Assembly (NCBI RefSeq): GCF_036321535.1
Contig: NC_087436.1
Location: 97,404,001 to 97,468,000 of the forward strand
From: Camelus dromedarius
Taxonomy: Eukaryota
Direction: 5' to 3'
DNA: 64,000 nt
The notes beneath the pieces were generated by a model that saw only the letters and a list, made by a program, of their open reading frames with translations, had not been told where the DNA came from and searched no databases. Shown in pieces: positions 53,050-64,000 of the stretch (the first letter of the stretch is position 1; each line of letters begins with the position of its first letter). The translations under genes were made by a program, and so were the position numbers.

Positions 53050-53465
53050 TAGCAGATCCTTGCAGCTTGAGGGAAGCTAATCCCATTCTCACTTTCAGGG
53101 TTAGAGCATATGACCTAGGGTAAACCCTGTCAGTGCATGACGAACTCTGGGCAATGTGATTAGTTCATGAAGCACGTATGACTTAATCTAATTGGAGTAT
53201 ATCTCAGAGTTTGCTGAATTCTTTGGGAAAAAGATACTCTCTCACATCTGTAGCATATGAAAGAGGATGTATGCAGCCAAGTACCTAGAGAAAGCATTTT
53301 GAAACAATAAGTTGAATCCTATGCAGAAGAAGACAAAGTAGGAGACAGAGTAGAGACAAGGAAAAAGAAAATTGGCCTGGCTTTGTAATATCGTTGTGGT
53401 CCTGGCTCAAGCCTCAGGATGTGTTCAAATTGGGTTTGCTGTTATTGAAACTAAAAGCATCCTAG
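53050..53465 (+). mobile_element. Degenerate MLT1-type LTR
   Basis: gagcatatgacctagg...gtgattagttca...; ends gggtttgctgttattgaaactaaaagcatccta. Confidence 0.5.
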
Positions 53466-55459
53466 TGGAAATATCAGTACTATATTTTAATTGATAGATG
53501 AATATATTTAAAAATGTTTTAATTGGAACTAAAAGCATGTGGTATGTCCTTCCATAACTGTGTGAATTCCTAAGCCTTAGATCTACCTAGCTAAGACTAG
53601 CAATGAGGTCTTGATTTCCAGTAAGAATCCATTTTACCTACCTCAGCATTTCCCCAGCCAATGTCCCCCAGAACACCTCTACAAGTGTAAATATCACATT
53701 TTCAAGTCACTCTTACTAACGTCCTCTAGACTATGGCTTCAAGGAACAGAACTTTAGTAATCCCAGTCCTATTGTATTCTTAATACTTTATATTATTTTT
53801 TAAAGAATAGGCAATTTACCGTGCAAATTCTTTGTCTTTGATAATTTTATTCTATGTGATTTTGATGATTCAAGGTATATTTTTTGTGATATGATCTGCA
53901 TGTCATAATGAGCTGTATTATGGTGGAATTCTATTTATATTTTTATATTTTAAAATGTAATATATTTAATTTAACTATATTAAACATGTTCACTCTTTGA
54001 TAGGCAAATATTACAGGTGTTGTGCAAAAACAGCATTGGAAAAAGTAGATCCTGTTATTAGATGTGTTAAATTATTATTGCTGTCACCTCTGGTGGGTTG
54101 AATACTAGAGGAAGCAGAATAACACAAGAGATCTGGAGAGGATTCTCCATCAGTATTGAACCAACTACAATGAGAAGGATGAGGCTGGAAATTTGAAGGT
54201 GATCTCATGGTAGAACAGATAATTTTAAACAATAACAATTTTTACCATATACTTTGTACATATCATTTAGTTTAGCAACAAAGAAAAGAAAATGGAAATT
54301 TGGTGATTTGTTTTCAATTAATTAGTTTTCATTACAGACTGATTCTATACTCTCACCTGTGTACAATGTAAAGAAGTATGCTGATTTTACTATGCTCTTG
54401 AGAAATTTGAATTTTATTGGCAAAAAGAGATTGACATTCATAAAACTTTTAGAGACTAGTATCTAGTCAGTAAGGGCTATGAAAATAGAAAAAATGAAAA
54501 AAAAATTACTATGAACTTTTGTAGTTGGAAATTCTTCCCAGGACGACAGCATGAACTAAGGAGTGAAAAATTAACAGCATCTAGAGAGACAGAGGAAATG
54601 ATCACACCTCAAAGGAGAAAAGCTTTCCAGATATTCTGAAAGACTGTGGATATCACTAACTCATTAGATATTCACTTATGTATATTAACTAGATGGACAC
54701 ATATGTGATATATGTTCTTCACTTATACGTTGTTACTGTTGACTCACACCAGACACATTTCAGTAAAAATCGACTACTTTAAGCCCTTTTATAATTAATG
54801 TCTTCACTTATTGTTAGGTTTGCTTGTCAGTCTTGCAATTAATTCTAAGCCATACAATACAGGAGAAAAAAAATAATTCTAGTGCCAAGAAATAGATACA
54901 TACTATAAAAATTCTTCATTGAGTTGCTAGCTTCTGATCATAGTTTGGAGAATTCAACAATGATAATTATCTATAAGATAAAATTCATAGACCACTTAAA
55001 AAATGTGGTGCTTTCAGCCAGTTTACTAAAACAAGAATTTTTTATTCAATAAATACATTTTGAAGGCTTACTATATGGCAACTGCTTAAGCAAAGAAACC
55101 TGCTCTCACAGAGAGGAGGGCGCCCCTGCAGCTCCTCTGTTACAATAGCTTGAAGTTTTCTTGGCACTGGAACATGTTTGAGAGTTCAGAGACTGCTGCC
55201 CTGTATCTCTCTGGACCTGTGCTTGAATAATCAGTTTTCACTCTGGGTGTCATAGACTTATTCCTGCAAGTATGATTATTAGGTCGTTTTGACATCATTC
55301 ACTGTAAAATATCTTTCAGTAACTAGAGGGAATGCGTTCAAGTTGGTCATCTAAAACACAGCAGACTTTCCTCTCCTTAGTGATGTATAGTAAACGTGGG
55401 GCTCAGTGTATCGAACATCTGGTTCCACTCTCACTGCACACATCTGCAGTAGAAAATAC

Positions 55460-55640
55460 ATAAACAAGATTATACTGTATAGCACAGGGAAATATATACA
55501 AGATCTTATGGTACCTCACAGAGAAAAAAATGTGACAATAAATATATATATGTTCATACATAACTGAAAAATTGTGCTCTACACTGGAGTTTGACACAAC
55601 ATTGTAAAAGGATTATAACTCAATAAAAAATGTTAAAAAA
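55460..55640 (+). mobile_element. Very short young L1 3' end (camelid-type)
   Basis: 9-bp TSD AGAAAATAC at 55451-55459 and 55641-55649; reverse-complement similar to 42891-43080. Confidence 0.9.
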
Positions 55641-55969
55641 AGAAAATACTGATGCCAGAATTCCTGGGCATGGATGTTGTGGCAGATAAGGTGGCCTCAG
55701 TGACTCTTTTATGTGAGAACCATAAAAACAAAACAGTCCAATGGAAACAAAACCAAATTCCTCCCTCCAAGGAGACAGGGGTAGCATTTTGGACATTAAT
55801 GGAGACAGTGGGTAGAGTGCATACAAGTGTCATGGAACTTAACAAGTTAGTTTTATTAAAAGTATCAGAAGGTCATGTGACAATATGACTAGAGGGATGG
55901 AAATGAGATAAGAGGGGCACAATGATGAAAGTCTAATAATAAAAGGAATGCAGAATTCAGTAAACATTG

Positions 55970-56520
55970 TGATTGACTTCTCAACATTCACCTCTCCCCT
56001 GCTCATTGATTAGCAACCTGAAAAGCAGTTGGAAGGCGTGATCCAAGACAATAGGCCAACCAAGGTACTTTCATCCCCTTGACAATCACCTTTTCAGGGA
56101 CTCTGGTCTAAGCCAATGAATGAATCAAATTCCTGGGAAGGCAGGGCTTGGTTTTGGAGTGGGTGTGTGCTCTTCCAATCAAACAATGAGCTGCAAGGAG
56201 ATAGTATTTACTTGGGAAATCTGGGGGAAATTTCCTTTTATGCAAGTGTTATCCACAAGAAAAGACAGTCTCTATTCTTCTGGACTTGAATTTACTATGT
56301 GCAAGAGTTGTTACTTTGCCTTCTTTTACTAGCTTCTGGATGAAACTGCACAGGAAGGAGGGAAAAGCCAAGAAAACTTCCAGCAAAGAAAGCCAGAGCT
56401 GCTGGATTGCGTCATCTCTGAGGCCTGCCCTAAACTGCACTCCCAGGGTTTCCTTACTACTTAAGAATAGTGGAGGTGATTTTTCCCATTATTTTCAACT
56501 GAAAACCCCTTAACTAACAT
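55970..56520 (+). mobile_element. Degenerate MLT1-type LTR
   Basis: tggtctaagccaatga; gagctgctggatt...ctgaggcctgccct; ends ccttaactaacat. Confidence 0.45.
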
Positions 56521-56744
56521 AAGTCTGCATAAGAAAATTATGCCTCTTTTCGCTGAAGCTTAATGTTAGCACTCAAAGTCTAAAGAAGACAATTATTTAG
56601 CCTGGATTATATTAGTCACAACAATTCTAGTTTAAGGAAACATTTTACTTAAATTCAAATAAAATTACTTTTTTTTTTCAGAGTGATACAATCCCTTTGG
56701 AACTGTCATCAATCCATTCTTTATTTTCTCTTTGTTATCAAGAG

Positions 56745-56869
56745 CAGTGTTTTTCAAATTTCAACATGCATACAAACCAACCAGGCTGGGATTTGAGATT
56801 CAGCATTTCCAATAAGCTCTGGATGGTACTGATGCAGTTGCTCCATGGGCCACACTTTGAGTAGCAAGG
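56745..56869. mobile_element. MER5A-like hAT MITE
   Basis: cagtgtttttcaaattt...gatgcagttgctccatgggccacactttgagtagcaagg. Confidence 0.8.
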
Positions 56870-57691
56870 GCCAAGTGGACTCCAGATTTCTGCAAGATGG
56901 TATGGTGACCAAAAATGAGTAAACCCTGGACTCTGGCCATGTATTGTATTATATTCAAAAAGATCCAATGATTATTTCTACATAGAATTCAATTCTAAAC
57001 AGAGTTGTATATTTCACATTCATCATCACCTCAAATATATATATTTAAAAAAATCTCATCTCACAAATTTCTAATGCATTACGGGAAGGATAGAGTGCTG
57101 GAGGGAAAACTTCTTGATTAAATTTTCTTTTCTCACTTAATTCAATTTTACTGAAATAAATTGACTGACTATGCAAAAATGGAAAAAGCCATCAACACAT
57201 AAACGGGGCAAAATAAACAATCCCAAGATACTTTCACAGATTTATATGAAAAAGCAATGTATGTAATATGGTCACTTAAATAGCTTAGTCTATTTTACTT
57301 GGATAGTTTTAACTGGGCCCTCATCCAAATGTTTTCATTGCCCTAATTAGTTGTCAACATATTCCAGATTCTCTTTAATTATTTGTATTGTTCTTTTTCA
57401 TTTCTTGAGCAAAACAGTACTTTCAGTTATGTGCTAAAGTGAAAAATTATTAAAATGAAGAAACTTTATAAAGATGCAAATTTTGTGATAGGTTCCAAAT
57501 TAATACTTTACAATGTTTTTTCCTTCTTTAATTGAAAGAAGTGACATGTAATGATCATTATACTGTAACCACATTTGGGAGAATGCAAGAGAAACACTTT
57601 CCTTTTTGCTGCCTTCATCCATTTATGCAAATGTATAATACATGGGCACGTTATACACATTCACTTCAAAATACTTTGCTGACTATCTACT

Positions 57692-58125
57692 TATATTAGC
57701 TGGAGTAATTAGCGTCTATAACACCTTAAGCAAATATGTCTTAATATAATAGAAAGTTATTCTCACTCATGTTCCCCAATGAGGGTCCTTTGGGCAAAGA
57801 GGGACACTTGCCTCCAGGTTGTGCTTTGGGGACTCAGGTTTTTTTTGTTAATCTTCTGGCTTCTTCTTCCACCAAAGTCTTGGAATTCTCCTCATTTAGC
57901 TGGTGAAAGGCAAAAGTCATTGTAGAATATACCAAGTTGTTAAAAGACCTGGCCTAGAAGTAATATATCGCTTCTGCTAAAAGTTCACTACTGAGAATCA
58001 GTCATATACACTATTCGGGAGCTAGCAAATCTAGTCCACAGGAGGGACATTCTTCCCCAGCAACAGCTAGAAATATGAAAGGAGAAGTGCAAATTTTGGT
58101 CGACAGATCGCCCATCTCTGCTATA
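57692..58125 (-). mobile_element. Degenerate MLT1-type LTR
   Basis: gaaagttattctcactcatg; ggcctagaagt...cttctgct; ends ccatctctgctata. Confidence 0.5.
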
Positions 58126-58229
58126 GTATCGTTTGTACTTGAACATGCATATTTAGTACATAATTTGTACATGTAATTATTTGCATTATTCATCCATTTT
58201 CTGCGCATTGGACCCAATTGCTAGAGTCA

Positions 58230-58750
58230 CTAGAAAGGTGAGTGAGACATTAAGCATTACTATCTAATGATGTAAGCAGGAATGCAAAAAAATTTTTTAA
58301 ATGTAGTACAGTGTGGTAAGTACTAGGAGTTGAAAACAATGCTTAATCAGAAAATTTGCTTTTTGTGTAGTTTATTCTGGTGACATTAGAAGAGAAACAG
58401 TAGATTAGAGAAGACTTAGGAGGAAGTTGAAATTGCTTACGTATGTCTTGACAAGAGCTTAAATTAGATATTGACAATATGAAGAGAGAGAGAAATCAGG
58501 AGACATTTATCCAGACATATAAAAGACTGTACAATAAAGTAAGAAGCAAAAGTTTCAATATGGCATGATTTATTACTGACCTTGAGAAACTGATGAATGA
58601 TGACATTAATTGTTACAGGGAATTAAGAAGTTACAATAGAATTTGAGTGGGTGGATGTTAATCAGTTCATTTAAAAACACCTACTGAATATATTTGAAAA
58701 GTAGCTATTTGGTTCTCGTAGTTCAGGAAAGTGATCAGAGATTGAACAGA
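58230..58750 (-). mobile_element. L2 fragments
   Basis: gtagattagag; ctgatgaatgatgacattaattg...cagttcatttaaaaacac. Confidence 0.5.
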
Positions 58751-59034
58751 GAGAGTTCAACAGCACAAAAACTGTAGCTAAAGCCAAGAAGGTAGCTGAA
58801 GTTGTAAGGAAGAACATGAATAAATAGAAGAGACAAAATCAAAATTAATGAAAAACAAAGCAAAAATTTAGGCTGCAAATGTATGTAAAATGGAACGAAA
58901 AATAAAGTAGATTTATTGCCAGATTTTTGCTTATTAAAAGAAGAAAGATTAAGTAACTCAGTTTTTAGTGAAGTGAGTATTCTTAAATGAATTTTCAATG
59001 ATTCTTAGTAGTTTTGGGGTCATAGACATTGCAA

Positions 59035-59524
59035 TGTGACAAATAATTTTCCATGTCAACTTGATTAGGCCAAGACACGCCCAGATAGCTGGCAGAACAT
59101 GATTTCTGGGTATGTTTGTAAAGGCATTTCTGGAAGAGATTAGCCTTTGGATTAGTGGCCTGAGTAAAGTAGATTGCTCTTCCCAGTATGGGTGGTCATC
59201 GTCCCATCTGCTTAAGGCTTGAATAAAACAAAAAAGAAGAAAAAGTGTGAACTCTTTCTCTCTGCCTGACAGAGCTGGGACATAGGTCTTCTTCAGTCCT
59301 TGGATTAGAACCATTGGCTCGCTAGTTTTCAGGCCTTTGGACTTGGACTAAACTACACCACCAACTTTTCTGGGTTTCCAGCTTGCACGTGGCAGATTGT
59401 GAAATTTCTCATTCTTCATAATTATATGAATCAATTTTTCATATTATACTTTTATATGTGTGTGTATATATATTATATATATATATAATCCTGTTGGTTC
59501 TATTTCTCTGACTAATATAGATAC
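59035..59524 (+). mobile_element. ERVL MLT2 solo LTR
   Basis: tgtcaacttgattaggcca...cccagatagctgg...tttctggaagagattagc...actacaccacc...tcctgttggttctatttctctg. Confidence 0.88.
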
Positions 59525-61154
59525 ATTTAGTGATCAATGAAATTTTTATCTTTTCCCTTAAAATAAGCACATATGCATATGCACATAAATCATTCCAACT
59601 AATTTCAGGATTTCATTGAATCCTGGAAACTCATAAATGGCATATAAATTCCAGGTTAAGACTTCTAGCACTGTGTACCTAGAGGACTTAAACTATAAAA
59701 TAAAATGAATAATATTTGTGACTTGCTTCTTTTAAGGCAAGCAAAGTCCTGAATATGTTTTTATCCAGTGGAAAAATCTGAAGGATATATTATAGTCTCA
59801 TTGCATTGATACAAAATATTTCATAAAATCAAGGACATAATGGAAATCAGATGTTTAAATTTCGCTCACTTTGATTTTCTTTTGGTAGGAAAACCCTGAA
59901 ATATTGTAAGGCAAAAATACATCTTGTGATAGTGTTTTATAACCAGACATGTTATCTGCTACTTCTTTTAGAGTGACATTGTCAGCTTCATTATTGTTTT
60001 CATTTCATGCTCAGTTTATTTATAAAATTCTTCATTGAATGTACTAACTTTTCTTGCCTCACATTTTCTATTAGTAAAATTTGACTTCTACTTCTAGTTT
60101 TCTGATTATTTCTAATGGATTTGGAAAATGATATTAGAATGTATTGTTTGTTTATTATGCTTATTAAAAACTTTACTGTAAAAAATGATGTCGGTAATAC
60201 CCAACATAAACAAAGATAAAATATATTAATGAGTGAGACAGCTAGAGGAAAACTAAAATATAACTTAAAAAATTAGACTGATTTAAGTCAAGCTGATAGA
60301 ACATTTTTCTGCAGTATGGTTTTAGTGTTTTGTCTGTTTTGCTTTTAGAGGATTGAAGAAACATATTTTTCAGTTTTCTAGAGGGATGCAATCCTTTAAT
60401 TTTTACTTTTAAATTTATATCACTCCTCCACTGCTACAGATTATAAGATATAAATGGATGTATTTAAGTCATTTCTTGAAGCTAGCTTAATTCATTTTCT
60501 GTATATTGCTATTAAATATTTAGTAAGAACATCAACTGTAAAACCACCTATTTCCAATTCTCAATTATTTTTCACATCTTAGCAAGTAACTTTTTAGTTA
60601 GGTTTTGTTTTTTGTTTTTTGTTTATTTTGTTTTTGTTTCTTAGCAATAGTTACCCTACCTTAACGAGTGATCTCTGTCACCTTAACTTCAGAGTGACAG
60701 GCACCTGGAGACACTGAAAGAGAGAATTGGTCAAAACACACCAAGAAGACTTTAGTATTCCATCCTTGAACCTCAAAGGCAGGATCTTATTTCTACTCCT
60801 ATAAGTAGGACAAACTGGTTCTTGATGCCACTGGTCATTCACATAGGCATTGTGTTATTTAGCTCATTTTCATTAAGTGTTAATCACATGCTGGGCACAG
60901 TGTCAGAAGCTGAAAAATAGTCAAAAATACATATATTAAGTACTGAAAAATATAAAGAAATTCATACTCCATCACTATAATACAAACTCGAATTTCACTA
61001 CCCATTCATTCGACCAGTAAGTAGTTAAACAGCTCTTACTTCAAGTGCCTAGCCTCTCCATGAGCCCGCTCACTTAACGTTCTCCAGTTTTCCTTAATTT
61101 AGGCAGACTAGATCCCTCTTCATAAAGGTAATCAGGTATTTTAATAGCAGTAAC

Positions 61155-62812
61155 TTTTTTTAAGATTGTATTTTTAAATATATTTTTATTGAAGTACAGT
61201 CAGTTTGCAATGTTGTATCAATCTCTGGTGTACAGCACGATCCTTCAGTCACATAGGAACATACATATGTTCATTCTCATATTTTTCTTCATCATCGGTT
61301 ACTGCAAGATACTGAATATGGTTTAGAGCAGTTTTATGTTCACAGTGAAATTGAGAGGAAGTTACAAAGATATCTCATGTACTCTCTGGCCCTACACATA
61401 CATATCCTCCTCCACCACCAGCAGATTTGTAACCAAGGATGTACCAACACTGACACATCATATTCACCTGAAGTCCTTAGGGTTCACTCTTGTTGTATAT
61501 TCCATGGGTTTGTACAATTGTATAAGGACATAACTCATCATACAGACCATTTTCATTGCCCTAAAAAGCCTCTGTGCTCTACCTATTCTTTTCTCCCTTA
61601 TCTTCCTCATCCCTGGCAACCACTGATCATTTTATTGTCTCCATAGTTTTGTCTTTTACAGAATGTCATATAGTCAGAATTGTACAGTATGCAGGATTTT
61701 CAGATTGCCTTCTTCCACTTAGTAATATGTATTTAAATTTCTTCTATGTCTTCATGGCTTGAGGTCACTTCTTACTGCTGAATAATATTCCATTCTCTGG
61801 ATGTACCAAAAGTTTATTTATTCAGTCATCACTCAGGGACATCTTGGTTGCTTCCAAGTTCTGGCAATTATGAATAAAACTGCTGTAAACCTCTGTGTGT
61901 AGTTTTTGTGTGGACATAGCTTTTCAATTCCTTTGGGTAAATAACAAGGAGTATGATTGCTGGATGCATTCATAAATGTTTCGTTTTGGAAGAAAAAAAA
62001 CCAAACTGTCTCCCAAAGTGGCTACACCATTTTGCATTCCCACCAGGAAGGCATGAGAGCTCCTATTGCTCCACATTCTCACCAGTATTTGGTGTTGTCA
62101 GTGTTGCAGATTCTGGCCATTCTAATAGGTGTGATGTGGTAGCTCCTTGTTTTAATCTGCATTTCCCTGATGACATAATGATGTGGAACATCCTTTCATA
62201 GGCTTATTTGGCAACTGCAAATCTTCTTTAGTGAGGTATTTGTTAAGGTTCTTGGCCCGTTTTTAAATTGAGCTTTTTGCTTTCTTATAGTTGAGTTTTA
62301 AGAGTTCTTTATATATTTTGGATAACAATCCTTTATCAGATGTGTCTTTTGCAGATATTTTCTCCCAGTCTGTGGCTTGTCTTTTAACTCTCTTACTGGT
62401 TTATAGAAAGAGAATTGACTTTTGCATGTTAACTTTGTATCCTGGAATCTCATTATCCTTGCTTATTAATTTCAGGAGATTTTTTTTTAATCCTTTCAGA
62501 TTTTCTAGATTGGGTGATCATGCCATCTGTGAACAAACACATTTTTATATCTTCCTTCCAAATATGTATAATTTTTATTTCCCTTTTTTGCCTTATGGCA
62601 TTAGCGAAGACTTGTAGTACAATGCTGAAAAGCAGTATTAGTGATGGGGGACATCCTATCCTTGTACCTGATCTTAGTGGGAAAGCTTCAAGTTTCTTCA
62701 AATTAAGTATGATTTTATCTGTGCGGTTTTTTGTAGTTAGTTTTTATGAAGCTGAAGAAATTTCCCTTGATTCCCAGTTTACTGAGAATTTTTATCATGA
62801 ATGGGTGTTGCG
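61155..62812 (-). mobile_element. L1MC-type element (3' UTR plus ORF2 pieces) with internal deletion
   Basis: ttagagcagttttatgttcacag 3' end; ORF 62453-62701 has L1 reverse-transcriptase residues [14 protein letters not shown]...LFSIVL.V.ANAIRQ...CLFTDGMI; abrupt jump near 62390. Confidence 0.88.
61175..61322 (-). mobile_element. Short lineage-specific L1 3' end nested in the L1MC tail
   Basis: ttgaagtacagtcagtttgcaatgttgtatcaatctctggtgtacagc matches the other L1 tails in this window. Confidence 0.85.
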
Positions 62813-64000
62813 TTAGCACTCACTTTTACTGGTAGAATGGCAAGGAGGCAATTTGAAATTGCAAAAGGACTTCTTTCTACATAAATGCTTTGGTGACACG
62901 TCCCCAACCACAGAAAGCATACTAAACAAATTAAACAATGGGATTGGACAGAGGGAGGTAATGGTATTTTTAAGTCTTTCCAACTTTAAAGAAAAGTTTC
63001 AGATTTAAAGGAAAGGCTGAGAAGCACACCACCAGTGGGAAATCAAGTCGTTCACATTTGCTGATTTTACCTCCCAACCCTCAGCCCCAGAACACACTGC
63101 TCTTGTGGAGGAAGGCTACTGACAGGGGTTTGTCAAAGACAAGAGAAGACTCTGACCACGTTTTAAAAGAGAGAAAAAAGTGCTTGAGGTATGAAGAAAG
63201 AAGAGGGAAAAGGCTCTGAACTTTCCTTGACATTTTTGGGGGGGTTTGTTTTCTCTAGTGGATGCTGGGTAATGGTTATCTAAATGTCCATTCCATTCTC
63301 CTTCTACTGCAAATGCTGAAAAATTAAAATCATCTATTTTGGCGGCTAGGATTCTGAATGCAAATTTGGCTTCATCAATTCCATTATATGCATTCAAGTG
63401 AGACGTGAAATAGGAACAGCAGTTAGGTTGTTGCTCTTTCAATTGTTTTCTCCTGGTCACAGAGTAGTGAATGTAGAGTTTACTTCTCATAGTTCTGCCT
63501 CCTTTGGGCAGAAGGAAGCCTTGCAGCTCCCTGTGGTTCAAAACTTCACCGGAATCAAGAGTTCCACAGGGGTGCTTGAGAGGCGGGCAAAACTCCTTAG
63601 CAGTAAATGGGCATTGTGCGGACATATGTCTCTTCTTCAAGTACTGGGTAGAAGTGACTGAGGTCGCAGCAGGTGGCTGAGCAAAGCATATTTGATTTGG
63701 CTTAGGAATCCAGCCCACTTCTCTCCTTCTATCTTGGAGAGACATCTTCCTCTTTTGTGTCACTACTTTTCTCATACACATTATTTTTCTTCTTTGTACA
63801 AGTGGATGGCTAAAAGATTAAACTCTGAACTCCTTGAGGGCATAGGTCAAGATTTTTTTTATATATTTGCGTCCATGGTGCTGTTTAGGACACATCATTG
63901 AGCTCACTAATAATTACTGAGTGAGTGAATTAGTGAATTAATAAACAATAGGCACCAGAATTTTTGGATTAGACCCTTCTTCCAACCAGCTGCAGTTCTG

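Noticed and set aside
55110..55132. CTCF-like CTGCAGGGGCGCCC on the minus strand
   Set aside because: One G short of the core consensus and lacks the 5' CCA; too weak to call.
56310..56464. Acceptor-like tract followed by open frame LLDETAQEGG...
   Set aside because: Lies within a degenerate MLT1-type LTR.
62291..62816. ORFs with reverse-transcriptase-like residues
   Set aside because: Degraded L1 ORF2 fragments with frameshifts, not a functional gene or a novel RT system.

Overview
AT-rich, CpG-depleted placental-mammal genomic DNA, most likely camelid. That assignment is from memory of L1 3' UTRs plus the absence of any Alu, Bov-A/BovB, PRE-1 or CAN SINE, and it needs a search to confirm. 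I could not support any protein-coding gene, tRNA, rRNA or processed pseudogene; the window reads as intergenic or deep intronic. A large share, roughly half by eye, is interspersed repeat: about a dozen 5'-truncated L1 3' ends (several with readable target-site duplications, TSDs), a HAL1/L1-ORF1 relic, L2 and MIR fossils, many solo LTRs (MaLR MLT1, ERVL MLT2/LTR16/LTR33/MER77-like, ERV1-class) and Tigger/hAT MITEs. There are also (TG)30, (CTTT)41 and T31 tracts. Most listed ORFs are repeat-derived or chance. The items most worth checking are: a 480-bp unique-looking insert that splits an old L1 end (15369-15848); two CpG-retaining, motif-rich patches (about 20.6-21.2 kb and 26.9-27.2 kb); strong splice signals suggesting unannotated non-coding exons on both strands; an RFX X-box; a 221-codon orphan ORF; and several nested insertions that can be ordered in time. 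I found no convincing novel multi-gene system. Repeat family names come from recalled consensus similarity, and boundaries without TSDs are approximate.
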